Assembly (NCBI GenBank): GCA_001781415.1
Contig: MFLT01000001.1
Coordinates: 51,600 to 115,599, forward strand
Reading direction: 5' to 3'
DNA from: Candidatus Kaiserbacteria bacterium RIFCSPLOWO2_01_FULL_45_25
GTDB lineage: Bacteria; Patescibacteriota; Minisyncoccia; Phycocordibacterales; UBA918
DNA: 64,000 nucleotides
Shown in pieces: positions 9,519-19,290 of the stretch; the first letter of the stretch is position 1, and each line of letters opens with the position of its first letter. Both the position numbers and the translations under genes were made by a program. The notes beneath the pieces were generated by a model. The model ran no database searches. It worked only from the letters and a program-made list of their open reading frames with translations, and had not been told where the DNA came from.

Positions 9519-10097
9519 ATGACTTGGATTATTATTTCGATAGTAGGAGTAGTGGTGGTGTACGTTATCTTTGCGTACAACCATTTCGTTCGCCTAACAC
9601 AACGAACCAAAGAAGCATGGGCTGATATAGATGTGCAGCTCAAGCGTCGTTATGACCTTATCCCAAACTTGATTGAAACAGTTAAGGGATATGCCGCCCA
9701 TGAACGAGGAGTTTTTGAAGAAGTGACCAATGCCCGAGCCAAGGCAACTCAGATTCACGTTGACCCAAGTAACATCACTGCGGAACAAATCACAGCCATG
9801 GCTGGTGCAGAATCAGCCCTTGGTGCTTCACTAGGTAAATTGCTCGCAGTAGCAGAAGCCTACCCAGACCTCAAGGCCAACCAAAACTTCGCACAGCTCC
9901 AGACAGAACTTACAGACACTGAAAACAAGATTCAAGCTGCACGTCGTTTCTATAACGGTAATGTCCGTGACCTGAAGATTGCACTCCAATCATTCCCTTC
10001 AAATATTGTTGGAAGTACTTTCAACTTCAAAGAAGAACAATTCTTTGAACTAGCTGAGGGAAGTGAGGAACGAGAACCAGTTAAGGTTAGCTTCTAA
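9519..10097 (+). CDS. lemA: LemA family protein
   Basis: N-terminal TM, AWADIDVQLKRRYDLIPNL..TVKGYAAHE, AEAYPDLKANQNF, ARRFYN. Confidence 0.95.
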   Translation: MTWIIISIVGVVVVYVIFAYNHFVRLTQRTKEAWADIDVQLKRRYDLIPNLIETVKGYAAHERGVFEEVTNARAKATQIHVDPSNITAEQITAMAGAESALGASLGKLLAVAEAYPDLKANQNFAQLQTELTDTENKIQAARRFYNGNVRDLKIALQSFPSNIVGSTFNFKEEQFFELAEGSEEREPVKVSF

Positions 10098-10108
10098 CAA
10101 TCTCTATC

Positions 10109-10492
10109 ATGTCTGACATATCTCGCATCTATTACAACAAACTTGTCCGGGACAATATTCCAGACAAGATTACGTCCAAGGGTGAACAGTGTGAGGTAAG
10201 GCAGATTAATGATGTTCAAGAGTTTCAGCAAGAATTGTTTAAGAAGATACGAGAGGAGGCTACTGCTCTCTCAATGGCTCGCACCAAAAAAGATTTTTTG
10301 GGAGAATACTCAGATTTAATGGCGGTGTTTGAGGCTATCATTGAGCAGCTAGAAATTACTCCCGAAGAAATCCTGGCCGCCAGAGAAGAAAACAATCTCA
10401 AGAAAGGTGGCTACAAACATCAGCACTTCTTGATTTGGTCTGAAGATACAGACTACCAATCAAACGAAACTCCACAAGGAATATCAAATTAA
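10109..10492 (+). CDS. Nucleoside triphosphate pyrophosphohydrolase (MazG-like all-alpha family)
   Basis: YNKLVRD.IP..I...G, KI.EEA, E.SD...V, K..GG motif pattern. Confidence 0.75.
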   Translation: MSDISRIYYNKLVRDNIPDKITSKGEQCEVRQINDVQEFQQELFKKIREEATALSMARTKKDFLGEYSDLMAVFEAIIEQLEITPEEILAAREENNLKKGGYKHQHFLIWSEDTDYQSNETPQGISN

Positions 10493-10501
10493 TTATTGAT
10501 A

Positions 10502-10540
10502 TATAACAAAACCCAGTCTCAACGACTGGGTTTTGTTATA
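10502..10540 (+). terminator. Intrinsic terminator
   Basis: TATAACAAAACCCAGTC-TCAAC-GACTGGGTTTTGTTATA. Confidence 0.65.
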
Positions 10541-10550
10541 TACTAATGTT

Positions 10551-12227
10551 ATGCGTACTTTCTTTGTGGCGGTGTTCAGTTTTTTATTCTTTACATTACC
10601 GGGAGTAGTCTTGGCTGAGGAGATTATTAGTTTCTCTGTGGAGTACCAAATAAACGCTGACGCTTCAGTCGATGTAGAAGAAACGATTGTGTATGATTTT
10701 GAATCTGAGTATCGTCACGGAATTTTTCGGACAATTAAAACTGCTCATGCCGAGCCAGCTACCGTCTGGTACAAAAATCGCTCGGTAGAAATAACCGATA
10801 TCATGGTCGAGCAGAACGGGGAACCAGTACCATTTGAAGTTAGTGGTGGAAGTAGTCGCGAGATTAAAATCGGTGATCCAGATACTACTATCACTGGCTC
10901 CCATGTATACAGTATTAGCTACACTTTAGTTGGCGCTTTGTCGTACTTGAGTGGTGACGAAGTAGAGTTTTACTGGAATGTCACTGGAAATGAGTGGCCT
11001 GTCTTTATGCAAGAGGTGGCAGTCACCGCTAGTAGTGAAAGTCCAATTGTATCAAGTAGCTGCTATGTAGGTGAATTTGGTTCTACTGATGCTTGTACAG
11101 CGCCACAGCCTCATATATATCTAACAAACAATCTTCCAGCTGGAGCGGGAGTTACTGTGGCGTACCTGTTGTCGGCAGAGAATATGCCAGTAGTAGTGAA
11201 TGAAGAAATTAATTACATACCGTTCTTACTCGGACTCTTTGCGGTAGCGCTCGTGGGTATGATTGCTCACGTCTGGCGGCATCAGACTTACCATCACAAG
11301 GATAGACCAGTAATTGCCGAGTATGAGCCGTATCCTGGAACGACACCCATGATGGCTGGCGTACTATTTGACGATAATCTAGACGCCAAAGATATTTCGG
11401 CTGGGGTAGTGTATTTAGCTGAACAAGGTTTCCTTAAAATTAAAAAGACTGAGCATAAAGTCGCGTGGCTCTTTGACGTCACTGATTATGAAGTGGAGTT
11501 GCTAAAGTCCGTTAGTGAAATACCGGGTGAGTTTTTACCAAAAGTAATTTCACTCTTCTTTAAAGATAGTGTTGAGGTGGGTACAGTAGTGGCGCTCTCA
11601 AGTATTAAGAATGACAATGCCAAAAAGCAGAGTAATGCAGTCATCTTATCTGAACTCAACACGGCTATTCGAGCGGACTTACGCCAGAGCGGTTTCTTTG
11701 AAAACGAAACGTATACCTTCTCAACCTTCATGATTCCAAGTGCGGCATTAGCTGCTGCTATATTCCTAGGAACGATTAATGTAATTCCTGTTTCGGTTGT
11801 AGTGTTCTTGGGTGCGGTATACCTACTGTGGCTTATCAGTGTGGCCATCAAACACCGCAGACGAACCGCCAAAGGTTATGAGGCGATGTATCACCTCAAG
11901 GGATTCAAACACTTCTTATCTGTGACTGATAAAGAGCGTTTTGATTTCCATAATGCGCCCGAACGGAGTCCAGAGCAGTTTATGCAGTATCTCCCGTACG
12001 CGATTGCGTTTGGTGTAGAGGAGAAGTGGGCTGCCGTGTTTGCTGATATGCAAATTTCTAACCCAAGTTGGTATGAAGGTAACGGAGCCCATGGCGCTTT
12101 TGCGGCCGGTGCGTTTACTCACGACTTAACTTCATTTACCAGTGCTGTGACCACATCAACTCAAGCTTCATCTGGTGGTGGTAGTTCAGGCGGTGGCGGG
12201 GGAGGCGGAGGTGGTGGTAGCTGGTGA
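10551..12227 (+). CDS. DUF2207 family membrane protein
   Basis: V.E.I.YDF....HGIFR, YWNVTG..W, LPYAIAFGV...W, Gly-rich GGGGGGSW C-terminus. Confidence 0.88.
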   Translation: MRTFFVAVFSFLFFTLPGVVLAEEIISFSVEYQINADASVDVEETIVYDFESEYRHGIFRTIKTAHAEPATVWYKNRSVEITDIMVEQNGEPVPFEVSGGSSREIKIGDPDTTITGSHVYSISYTLVGALSYLSGDEVEFYWNVTGNEWPVFMQEVAVTASSESPIVSSSCYVGEFGSTDACTAPQPHIYLTNNLPAGAGVTVAYLLSAENMPVVVNEEINYIPFLLGLFAVALVGMIAHVWRHQTYHHKDRPVIAEYEPYPGTTPMMAGVLFDDNLDAKDISAGVVYLAEQGFLKIKKTEHKVAWLFDVTDYEVELLKSVSEIPGEFLPKVISLFFKDSVEVGTVVALSSIKNDNAKKQSNAVILSELNTAIRADLRQSGFFENETYTFSTFMIPSAALAAAIFLGTINVIPVSVVVFLGAVYLLWLISVAIKHRRRTAKGYEAMYHLKGFKHFLSVTDKERFDFHNAPERSPEQFMQYLPYAIAFGVEEKWAAVFADMQISNPSWYEGNGAHGAFAAGAFTHDLTSFTSAVTTSTQASSGGGSSGGGGGGGGGGSW

Positions 12228-12275
12228 CCTAGTCTTTATCTATTTGGTGGTTTTGCGTTATACTACTCTCTACAT

Positions 12276-13172
12276 ATGGCTACCTTATATACACACCAAG
12301 CGAGTAATGTTCGAAAGACGTGGTTTTTAATGACCGGATTTTTGGTCACAATTGTAGCCATTGGCTACGCTGCTTCCTGGTACATGGGTAATCCATCCCT
12401 CATCTACATAGCGTTTGGTTTTGCAATTCTAATGAATATCGGTAGTTACTGGTTTTCAGACAAGCTAGTACTTAGTATGACTGGCGCTCGCCTAGCTACT
12501 AAGGAAGAAGCGAGAGAGCTGTACAATGTGGTTGAGAATCTTTCAATCACCGCGGGCCTCCCAATGCCAAAGGTTTATATTGTAGAAGACCCGTCGCCAA
12601 ACGCCTTTGCAACTGGTCGCGACCCTGAGCATGCAGTAGTAGCGGCTACTACTGGTTTGCTACAAATCCTTGATCGAAACGAACTTGAAGGCGTGATGGC
12701 TCATGAGTTATCACACGTTGGTAACCGAGACATGCTCGTTATGACTGTGGCTGTGGTACTGGCTGGTTTTGTGGCCATGCTCGCAGACTTTCTGTCTCGT
12801 TCTATGTTTATGGGTGGAAACGATCGTGACCGTAGTCCTATTTTCTTGATACTAGGTATCGCTGGCATCATCCTTGCTCCGATTGCAGCCAAGATGATTC
12901 AACTCGCTATCTCACGTAAGCGTGAGTACTTGGCTGATGCTTCTGCAGCTCTTCTTACTCGCTACCCAGAAGGCCTCGCTTCAGCACTGGAGAAAATCAG
13001 TAGCTCACATCGTCCGATGAAGCGTGCCTCTCACGCCACTGCCCATCTATTTATCTCAGACCCATATGCAGCTGAAGGCAAACGTTCCTTCGGCGAAAAG
13101 CTGAGTAGTCTATTTGCAACTCATCCACCAGCAGCTGACCGCATCCGCCTTCTTCGCGAAATGGGGAAGTAG
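12276..13172 (+). CDS. htpX: Zinc metalloprotease HtpX (M48)
   Basis: PNAFATGR, ELEGVMAHELSH (HExxH), SRKREYLAD, LFATHPP...RI. Confidence 0.95.
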   Translation: MATLYTHQASNVRKTWFLMTGFLVTIVAIGYAASWYMGNPSLIYIAFGFAILMNIGSYWFSDKLVLSMTGARLATKEEARELYNVVENLSITAGLPMPKVYIVEDPSPNAFATGRDPEHAVVAATTGLLQILDRNELEGVMAHELSHVGNRDMLVMTVAVVLAGFVAMLADFLSRSMFMGGNDRDRSPIFLILGIAGIILAPIAAKMIQLAISRKREYLADASAALLTRYPEGLASALEKISSSHRPMKRASHATAHLFISDPYAAEGKRSFGEKLSSLFATHPPAADRIRLLREMGK

Positions 13173-13185
13173 GAGAGGTGATTAC

Positions 13186-13272
13186 GGAGGGGTGGCAGAG
13201 TGGTTGAACGCGCTACCTTGGAAAGGTAGTATATGCGAAAGCGTATCGGGAGTTCGAATCTCCCTCCCTCCG
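13186..13272 (+). tRNA. tRNA-Ser(GGA), CCA not encoded
   Basis: Acceptor GGAGGGG/TCCCTCC, D-arm TGGCAGAGTGG, anticodon stem CTACC-TTGGAAA-GGTAG, long variable arm, T-loop GTTCGAATC, discriminator G. Confidence 0.95.
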
Positions 13273-13387
13273 CAGAGAACGAAGTGAGTAAGAAAAGGGA
13301 TTAATTAATGAAAAAGTAAAAGATTTTTCATGATTGTTGTCTGAATTACAACTTGGACAGCAACATATTTTCAATGTCACGGATAGA

Positions 13388-13462
13388 TTGACAAAACACA
13401 AAGAATGTAGTTTATTAGCGGTAGATTACACTTCTTTTACAACTGAATATCATATCGGAGAA
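13388..13462 (+). promoter_or_regulatory. Putative promoter, boxA-like motif and Shine-Dalgarno of the GT2 operon
   Basis: TTGACA (13388-93), 17 bp, TTTATT; CTTCTTTTACAA at 13431-42; GGAG about 10 nt before the ATG. Confidence 0.5.
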
Positions 13463-13470
13463 ACAAACTC

Positions 13471-14613
13471 ATGGTACTAGACATTTGTGTCGTGGTCCCT
13501 GCGCGGAATGAAGCAGCGGTGATTGAAGCTACTTTGCGTAGTCTCATCGCTGCTGGAATACCGCCAGGGCACATCTATCTGGTGGACGATTGTTCATCAG
13601 ACAACACTGGTGATATCGGGCGAACGCTCGGTGTCATTGTGCTACGAAACGACCCCAACTTGGGCAAGGCTCACGCTATTGCTCGGGCGGTCGGAATGTT
13701 CAAGCTCAATGAGCGCTTTGAACTGATTTCGCTCATGGATGCAGACACAATCGTCAACGAAGATTATTTCGCAGTAATGCGGAAGGCTTTCGACGATTCG
13801 GAGGTAGTTACAGCGTGTGGTCGACATAAAAGTCGTCCCTGTAACTGGATCACTGCCTATCGTGCGTACGGCTACAGCTTCACCCACTTTGTCTACCGTG
13901 GTGCTCAGAGCAAGATGCGTGTCATCAATGTGGCGCCGGGGTGTTCAACAACCTATCGGTCCTCAATTTGGCATAAGCTTGATTGGAACAAAGATACGAT
14001 CGTTGAGGATATGGACGTAACAATCCAGATTCACAAAAACAAGCTCGGCCGTATTGTGTACGTACCTGACGCTATTGTGCACACCCAGGACCCGCAAACA
14101 TTGGCTGACTACGGAAAGCAAATGTTCCGCTGGAATACTGGATCTTGGCAGGTAATCAAAAAACACAAGCTGTTTGGCTTCAAGAGCAAGATTGACTGGG
14201 AGTGCGCATTTCTCTTCGGAGAAGGGTTGCTATTTTCGTCTCTCTACCTCTTGCTGCCGCTCTTGTTGCTATACGACGTGTTTTACGACATGCCGTACAG
14301 TTTTCGCTTCGGCTATATGGCCCTGATTGATGCTGGGTTCTCGTTCGTTATTGCGCTTTTTGTGGCCGCAGCTGAACGTCGGAAGGATATCCTCTTTTCG
14401 GCACCGCTGTTTCCATTGATGCGTGTCTTTGATGCTTGGCTTTTTATTAAAGGATTCTGGAAGGTCATTATTCGCAGACAAGCGGTAACCACTTGGTTTA
14501 CCCCGGCCCGCTACATACAGGAGAAAATTGAATGGAAAAGTGCTTTACTCTCATCGTGGCGTTCGTTACTTTCGTTTTCGGCTTTGCGGCACCTGCTTCG
14601 GCAGAGGTTGTAA
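13471..14613 (+). CDS. Processive GT2 glycosyltransferase (PgaC/IcaA/cellulose-synthase-like)
   Basis: VPARNE, DDCS.D, DAD, VEDMD, QMFRW (D,D,D,QxxRW) and C-terminal TM helices. Confidence 0.88.
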   Translation: MVLDICVVVPARNEAAVIEATLRSLIAAGIPPGHIYLVDDCSSDNTGDIGRTLGVIVLRNDPNLGKAHAIARAVGMFKLNERFELISLMDADTIVNEDYFAVMRKAFDDSEVVTACGRHKSRPCNWITAYRAYGYSFTHFVYRGAQSKMRVINVAPGCSTTYRSSIWHKLDWNKDTIVEDMDVTIQIHKNKLGRIVYVPDAIVHTQDPQTLADYGKQMFRWNTGSWQVIKKHKLFGFKSKIDWECAFLFGEGLLFSSLYLLLPLLLLYDVFYDMPYSFRFGYMALIDAGFSFVIALFVAAAERRKDILFSAPLFPLMRVFDAWLFIKGFWKVIIRRQAVTTWFTPARYIQEKIEWKSALLSSWRSLLSFSALRHLLRQRL

Positions 14614-15287
14614 AGAAGCCGTATGCGGTCGTGACCTTCACCTTCGACGACGCTCCCCGGAGTGTCTATACGCAGGCTTATCCGCTCCTTAAAGCGGTTG
14701 GCCTGCCGGCCACCATCTACCTTTCAACAGGGTTCGTTGAAGTGTATGGTTATATCAAATGGACAGACATCAAAGAGCTCGAAGCTAACGGCTGGGAAAT
14801 TGGTGCGCATACCCATACGCACGCAGACCTGACCAAACTTGCGCCGGGTGACATGGTGACAGAAATAGCGAAATCTCAGCAGCTCTTCAGTGAGCATGGG
14901 TATCGTCCCGTTTCTTTTTCTGCGCCATATGGTGAATATGGTGAGCGCGAGCTCACGGAACTCAAGAGGGTCTACAGCAGCAATCGCGCCGCCTGGGGCA
15001 ATGGTGGCATCAACAACTACCACAACCGTGACGCCTACAACTTGGTGTCTCTCGGGGTAACGCTCGAGACAACACTTGATGAAGTGCAGAAGCAAATAAA
15101 AGCTATCAAAAAAGATGGCGGCTGGCTGATTTTGCAGTTTCATCAAATCGACAATGGGCAAAACGAGCCAATGGCTTTTTCAAAGGAGAGTATCTTTACC
15201 ACGAAAATTTTCCCGGAAATTCTGAAAATTATTTTGAAAGAGGAGGTGCCGGTTCGTACCGTTCGTGACATCATCGAAAACCCGTAA
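14532..15287 (+). CDS. Secreted polysaccharide deacetylase (CE4/NodB, IcaB/PgaB-like)
   Basis: Signal peptide, TFDDA, GWEIGAHTHTH, APYG, LQFH. Confidence 0.88.
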   Translation: MEKCFTLIVAFVTFVFGFAAPASAEVVKKPYAVVTFTFDDAPRSVYTQAYPLLKAVGLPATIYLSTGFVEVYGYIKWTDIKELEANGWEIGAHTHTHADLTKLAPGDMVTEIAKSQQLFSEHGYRPVSFSAPYGEYGERELTELKRVYSSNRAAWGNGGINNYHNRDAYNLVSLGVTLETTLDEVQKQIKAIKKDGGWLILQFHQIDNGQNEPMAFSKESIFTTKIFPEILKIILKEEVPVRTVRDIIENP

Positions 15288-15304
15288 ACAGTCAAGGAAT
15301 TCAC

Positions 15305-16036
15305 ATGAAAAAGTTTTTGTCTCTCATGGCCACTTTGCTGGCCTTTGCTTTCTACATGCAACCCGCGTTTGCGGACGGCAGTACCTGGGGTTCGATCGAG
15401 AACTCGCCGGCCGAGGACGACAACGTCATCGGTACGGCCTACGCGGAAAAGAGCTGGCCGGTCTTGCAAAAAGACAAGCTGAAGCTCTCGCCGTTCCTGA
15501 GCGGCATGGTCGTCGTCGATGACAAGGGCTACAACTGGAACAACAAGGCCGTCGCGCGAGCTGGCGGCAAGTTGGACTACCAAGTCGGACCCTTGGGCAC
15601 TCTGACGTTCCGCCTCGGCGCGGCCTACGAACATCAGTTCAAATCTGGTGACTCGTATACCGAACCATTCGCATCGGCCGAGTACTGGTTTGGTTGGGGC
15701 TACGGCACCAGCTTGCCCGGCTCGTCCTGGGGGGTGGTCGGCAATACCTCTCCTTCGGAAAAGGGGAACGTGATTGCCATGGTCCATGCCGAACAGGGGT
15801 TTCTGGCGTTCAATGCAGGCAAAGGAAGGGTCACACCTTTCATTGACTTCACGATCGCCCGGGATACCAAGGACTTCGTCTGGAACAACAAAGAGGTCTA
15901 TGGCCTCGGCGTGAAGTACGTTCATCCCGTCGGCAACGGCGTGGTGAATGTCGGCACCAAGTACCAGCACGAAGAACGTGAGGCGGGCCGCGGAAGCGGC
16001 GCTGTCTTGTTTCTGACCTACTGGTTCCCACTGTAA
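15305..16036 (+). CDS. Secreted protein with two-fold internal repeat, predicted outer-membrane beta-barrel
   Basis: Signal peptide ending AFA; repeat GS.WG...SP.E..NVI...AE...PF...D.K...WNNK...G.K...G..Y.H...YWF twice; alternating hydrophobic strands with aromatic ends. Confidence 0.6.
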   Translation: MKKFLSLMATLLAFAFYMQPAFADGSTWGSIENSPAEDDNVIGTAYAEKSWPVLQKDKLKLSPFLSGMVVVDDKGYNWNNKAVARAGGKLDYQVGPLGTLTFRLGAAYEHQFKSGDSYTEPFASAEYWFGWGYGTSLPGSSWGVVGNTSPSEKGNVIAMVHAEQGFLAFNAGKGRVTPFIDFTIARDTKDFVWNNKEVYGLGVKYVHPVGNGVVNVGTKYQHEEREAGRGSGAVLFLTYWFPL

Positions 16037-16055
16037 GAAAAGGAAGGAAGTCATC

Positions 16056-16805
16056 ATGAGCTCAATCATTGGAGGTGCTTGGTCCACCGCCTGTCACCTC
16101 TTCGTCCAATACCCGTTCACTACTGCCTGCGCCGTTGTCCTTGGGGTCGGAACGTATAACGTCCTGACCGATGAACAAAAGGCCGAATGCAACAAGATTG
16201 TCGCGGCCTGCCAAACGGTACCCACTCCGCCACCACCTGTGGTCATTGCGCCTGTTGCCCCTCCGGCACCGGTCGTGGTGGTCCCGGCCAAGCCGGCGGT
16301 GGTTGACCCGTGCGCTGATGCGCCGGTGATGACCACTGCCGACCTGTTCGTTTCGACGGGCAAGCCCTTCCTGTGGAAGAACCCGGGCATCGATCCGGTT
16401 CGTGGCAAGGCTCCTGGGCCCTACCTCGCGCAGTTGAAGTTCACTCCGGCCGAGCAGGCGATTTTCCTCAAGAAGATCGCCGAGCAGGACGGGGAGGTGA
16501 TCAACCTCAAGAAGGGTGATGTCATCGGGCTCATGACCAGCGGGTCGGGCAAGCTGAAGACCAACACCACGGTGGCCTTCGACCCGGTCTTCCGGACGAC
16601 GGGCAGCGGCGACTACAAGAACGACGGCCGGATGCGGATTTACATCCACGAACAGCATGTTCGCCTGAATGGCGACTGCGTGCTGAGGCAGATGGTTCTC
16701 CTCGAACCGTTCGTCTGCCAGAACTGGTCTCGTATCTCCGACATGATTTCGCCCCTGCGGCGCGTACCCGACGCTGTCACTCCGGCGACCAAAGAAGCGA
16801 AGTAA
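16056..16805 (+). CDS. Hypothetical membrane-anchored protein with Pro-rich linker (high GC)
   Basis: Upstream AAGGAAGG, GC-rich codon usage, N-terminal hydrophobic segment, PTPPPPVVIAPVAPPAP linker, several Cys. Confidence 0.7.
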   Translation: MSSIIGGAWSTACHLFVQYPFTTACAVVLGVGTYNVLTDEQKAECNKIVAACQTVPTPPPPVVIAPVAPPAPVVVVPAKPAVVDPCADAPVMTTADLFVSTGKPFLWKNPGIDPVRGKAPGPYLAQLKFTPAEQAIFLKKIAEQDGEVINLKKGDVIGLMTSGSGKLKTNTTVAFDPVFRTTGSGDYKNDGRMRIYIHEQHVRLNGDCVLRQMVLLEPFVCQNWSRISDMISPLRRVPDAVTPATKEAK

Positions 16806-16826
16806 AAGTTCTTTGACCGCCCGCCC

Positions 16827-16858
16827 CCGCCGTGCCTAACAAGCACGGCGGTTTTTTT
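16827..16858 (+). terminator. Intrinsic terminator closing the GC-rich operon
   Basis: CCGCCGTGC-CTAACAA-GCACGGCGG followed by a T tract. Confidence 0.8.
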
Positions 16859-16908
16859 ATATCTAGAACGATAGAAGATGTAGTATACTAAGCACAATAA
16901 AGCTACAT

Positions 16909-17427
16909 ATGGTGCATCAAGACAAAATCAGTATTTTAATTACGTTTGCGGTGGGATTGGCGGCGGGGATGTATCTTTACCTAACGGGGTTTGCAACTAC
17001 TTTTAAGTTGCCGGAAGTTACTACCGAAAATGTCTATACAGAGTTTGTGGTGACGGCCGAAAATTACGGTGCTTGCCGTGAAGAGCGAACCTGTCTGACC
17101 TTCCAAGTACTAGAAAACGGCACATACCGTGCTCTATACGATGACCCGCTCGGGGGTGAGACTGTTGTGAAAGAAGGGAGAATTCCGCGTTCGATTCGTA
17201 ATGAACTTTTAAAATCACTCACTACCGAACAATTACTTTCTGATACTCGTACTTGGTCTGTACCAAACTGTCGAGATGGTGCTCTTGGCACCAACCATAA
17301 GTTCCGTATTACCCGCGATGAGGTTAATTATGAGATAGATACCTGCCAATCGGTTATTGATTATGAGGGTCCTGGCTGGAAGTCCCTTGCCAAATTGTGG
17401 AATTATTTTGCAGCTCTCGAGCGGTGA
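16909..17427 (+). CDS. Hypothetical protein with N-terminal membrane anchor
   Basis: ORF with one TM and four Cys; TATACT box upstream. Confidence 0.65.
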   Translation: MVHQDKISILITFAVGLAAGMYLYLTGFATTFKLPEVTTENVYTEFVVTAENYGACREERTCLTFQVLENGTYRALYDDPLGGETVVKEGRIPRSIRNELLKSLTTEQLLSDTRTWSVPNCRDGALGTNHKFRITRDEVNYEIDTCQSVIDYEGPGWKSLAKLWNYFAALER

Positions 17428-17508
17428 AATAAGTGATTATAGTAAACGTATGAATTAATGTGAGCAAGAGCTCACAATGAATTTTTCTAGTTAATTGGAA
17501 TCTTACAC

Positions 17509-18126
17509 ATGCCATCTAAATCATTACTTATTGCCATTGCGGCGTTTGCAGTTACTGCAACCGGTGCCCAGGCATACGTAGGGACACATTATTCACAACA
17601 ACTCGGCCTATCATCTGTACAAGTCCAGGCCTTTCACCAAGCTCGAGACCTAAGACGTAAGGGAGAGGTAGAAAAGGCTCGCGATGTGCTAGTGAAAGCT
17701 GGAGTAGATGAAGAGACAATGTCTTCACTGCGCCACGCTTCACATGAAGCTATTCGTGAGGCAGTTGAAGACAACGACTTTGCTGCTTTCCAAGCAGCGG
17801 TTGAGGGTACTCCACTTTATGACCTTGTAAACACTGAAGCGGACTTTGCGCTATTTAGGCAAGCGCACGAACTAAAGGAAGAGGGTAAGTTTATCGAAGC
17901 CAAGCTTATTTTGGACGACCTTGGTCTCCAGGCTAAGCCAGGTATGCGACATGGCCATGGTCATTTATACGGAGGAGCATTTCCTGGTTTAACAAATGAG
18001 CAAAAAGATGCTCTTCGGGCTGCCAAAGAGGCCAACGACAAGGAAACTGTAGAAGCGATTCTTCGTGAAGCAGGAATTAGTGAAACTAGAATTGAGAAGG
18101 TGCTAAATCGGCACACTTGGGAATAA
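17509..18126 (+). CDS. Hypothetical secreted alpha-helical protein
   Basis: Signal peptide ending AQA; repeated A..L...G..E.A...L...G helical motif; His-rich linker. Confidence 0.7.
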   Translation: MPSKSLLIAIAAFAVTATGAQAYVGTHYSQQLGLSSVQVQAFHQARDLRRKGEVEKARDVLVKAGVDEETMSSLRHASHEAIREAVEDNDFAAFQAAVEGTPLYDLVNTEADFALFRQAHELKEEGKFIEAKLILDDLGLQAKPGMRHGHGHLYGGAFPGLTNEQKDALRAAKEANDKETVEAILREAGISETRIEKVLNRHTWE

Positions 18127-18188
18127 TCTTTTATTAAGCAGCGCGTCCTTTAGGACGCGCTGCTTTTTTGGTATGATATAAAGAATTT

Positions 18189-18851
18189 ATGAATACACGC
18201 TTTCTCCCGCTCATAGTACTTACGGTTTTTTTGTTGCCCATTATTTCTCATGCTTACAATCCAACACTAAACTCAACAATTGTTCCGTACGAGCCGCAGA
18301 TTATCGATAGTACAATTAGTAATCAAGCGGAGTACCTGGGACTCTTGGCTGGCGACCCACACATGTATGAATTTACTATTGGGGAAACCGCTACGCTCAC
18401 CCTACGGGTATCACAACTAGCAACTGATACTCCAATCCCATTTTCACTCATTGCGGTGCGTGAAAACACACAGAATGCCGGAGTAGTAGAGGTTGGTCGC
18501 TTGCGAGCTGAGGACATAACTTGGGAAGAGAAGCGGGATGGGGGATTGGGGCTCACACTGGCTCATAGTTCAGTTTTTGAGACGGAGATTGGTCCAGGAG
18601 TTTACCGAGTTGAGGTTAGTACTCCAGAAAATGCCGGTGCATACATGCTCACGGTGGGAACTCTGGAAGTACCAGCTGGATATTTCAAGACTATAGCTGA
18701 TGTACGGATGGTTCAGAAATTCTTTGGAATCTCAATATTTGGAATGTTGCTCTCAACTTACGTACTCTACCCACTGGGTATTCTGGTTCTCATTGGGCTC
18801 TTTTATTACACCTGGCGTAATCGGACTCGAATTCAAAAATATGCTGCTTAA
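18189..18851 (+). CDS. Hypothetical secreted protein with C-terminal TM anchor
   Basis: Signal peptide ending SHA, beta-rich core with G.Y.L.VG, C-terminal TM and basic tail. Confidence 0.7.
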   Translation: MNTRFLPLIVLTVFLLPIISHAYNPTLNSTIVPYEPQIIDSTISNQAEYLGLLAGDPHMYEFTIGETATLTLRVSQLATDTPIPFSLIAVRENTQNAGVVEVGRLRAEDITWEEKRDGGLGLTLAHSSVFETEIGPGVYRVEVSTPENAGAYMLTVGTLEVPAGYFKTIADVRMVQKFFGISIFGMLLSTYVLYPLGILVLIGLFYYTWRNRTRIQKYAA

Positions 18852-18924
18852 ATTTCTAGTTATAGCCGCCGCCGCTGCAGTTTTTGCGTACTACATGAAC
18901 CAAGCCTTTCAGGGTAATCTCTAA
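18841..18924 (+). CDS. Possible 27-aa single-TM small protein
   Basis: MLLKFLVIAAAAAVFAYYMNQAFQGNL; overlaps the upstream stop and ends 3 nt before the next ATG, filling the gap. Confidence 0.4.
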   Translation: MLLKFLVIAAAAAVFAYYMNQAFQGNL

Positions 18925-18927
18925 TTC

Positions 18928-19188
18928 ATGGAAACTAACTGGTTTGTGTACATAGTGCGCTGCAAAGACGCCACACTCTACACTGGGGTTACTACTGACC
19001 CAGAAAAGCGGGTGATAGCACATAACGCCGCCAAGGCCGGAGCCAAGTACACCAAGATGAGGCGACCAGTTGAACTAGTGTATGTTGAGTCGGGATTTAA
19101 CCGTAGTGACGCCCATAAGCGGGAAGCGGTCATCAAAAAGCTAAGTAAAGCCGCCAAAGAGGAGCTTGTCTTAGGGGTGGACAAATAG
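18928..19188 (+). CDS. GIY-YIG nuclease family protein (UPF0213/YhbQ-like)
   Basis: WFVYIVRC.D.TLYTGVTTD...R...HN...GAKYT...RPV.LVY.E...RS.A.KRE..IKKL. Confidence 0.9.
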   Translation: METNWFVYIVRCKDATLYTGVTTDPEKRVIAHNAAKAGAKYTKMRRPVELVYVESGFNRSDAHKREAVIKKLSKAAKEELVLGVDK

Positions 19189-19290
19189 GCATTTTATAGG
19201 TATTCTATTCAACGTTTCTGGGCGCGCCCATTTCATGAGTGCGCTCTTCTCGTTTATACGAAGCGAGTTTATTATTTTAAAATTATTTCA

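Noticed and set aside
15143-16658. Long minus-strand ORFs (314 aa, 198 aa)
   Set aside because: Antisense shadows of GC-rich plus-strand genes that have SD sequences and signal peptides or membrane anchors.
13186-16900. Prophage or integrative element at tRNA-Ser
   Set aside because: No integrase gene and no duplicated tRNA 3' end (attR) found; only a compositional islet.
18928-19188. GIY-YIG gene as a homing endonuclease or mobile element
   Set aside because: Matches the short housekeeping UPF0213 type; no intron or flanking repeats.
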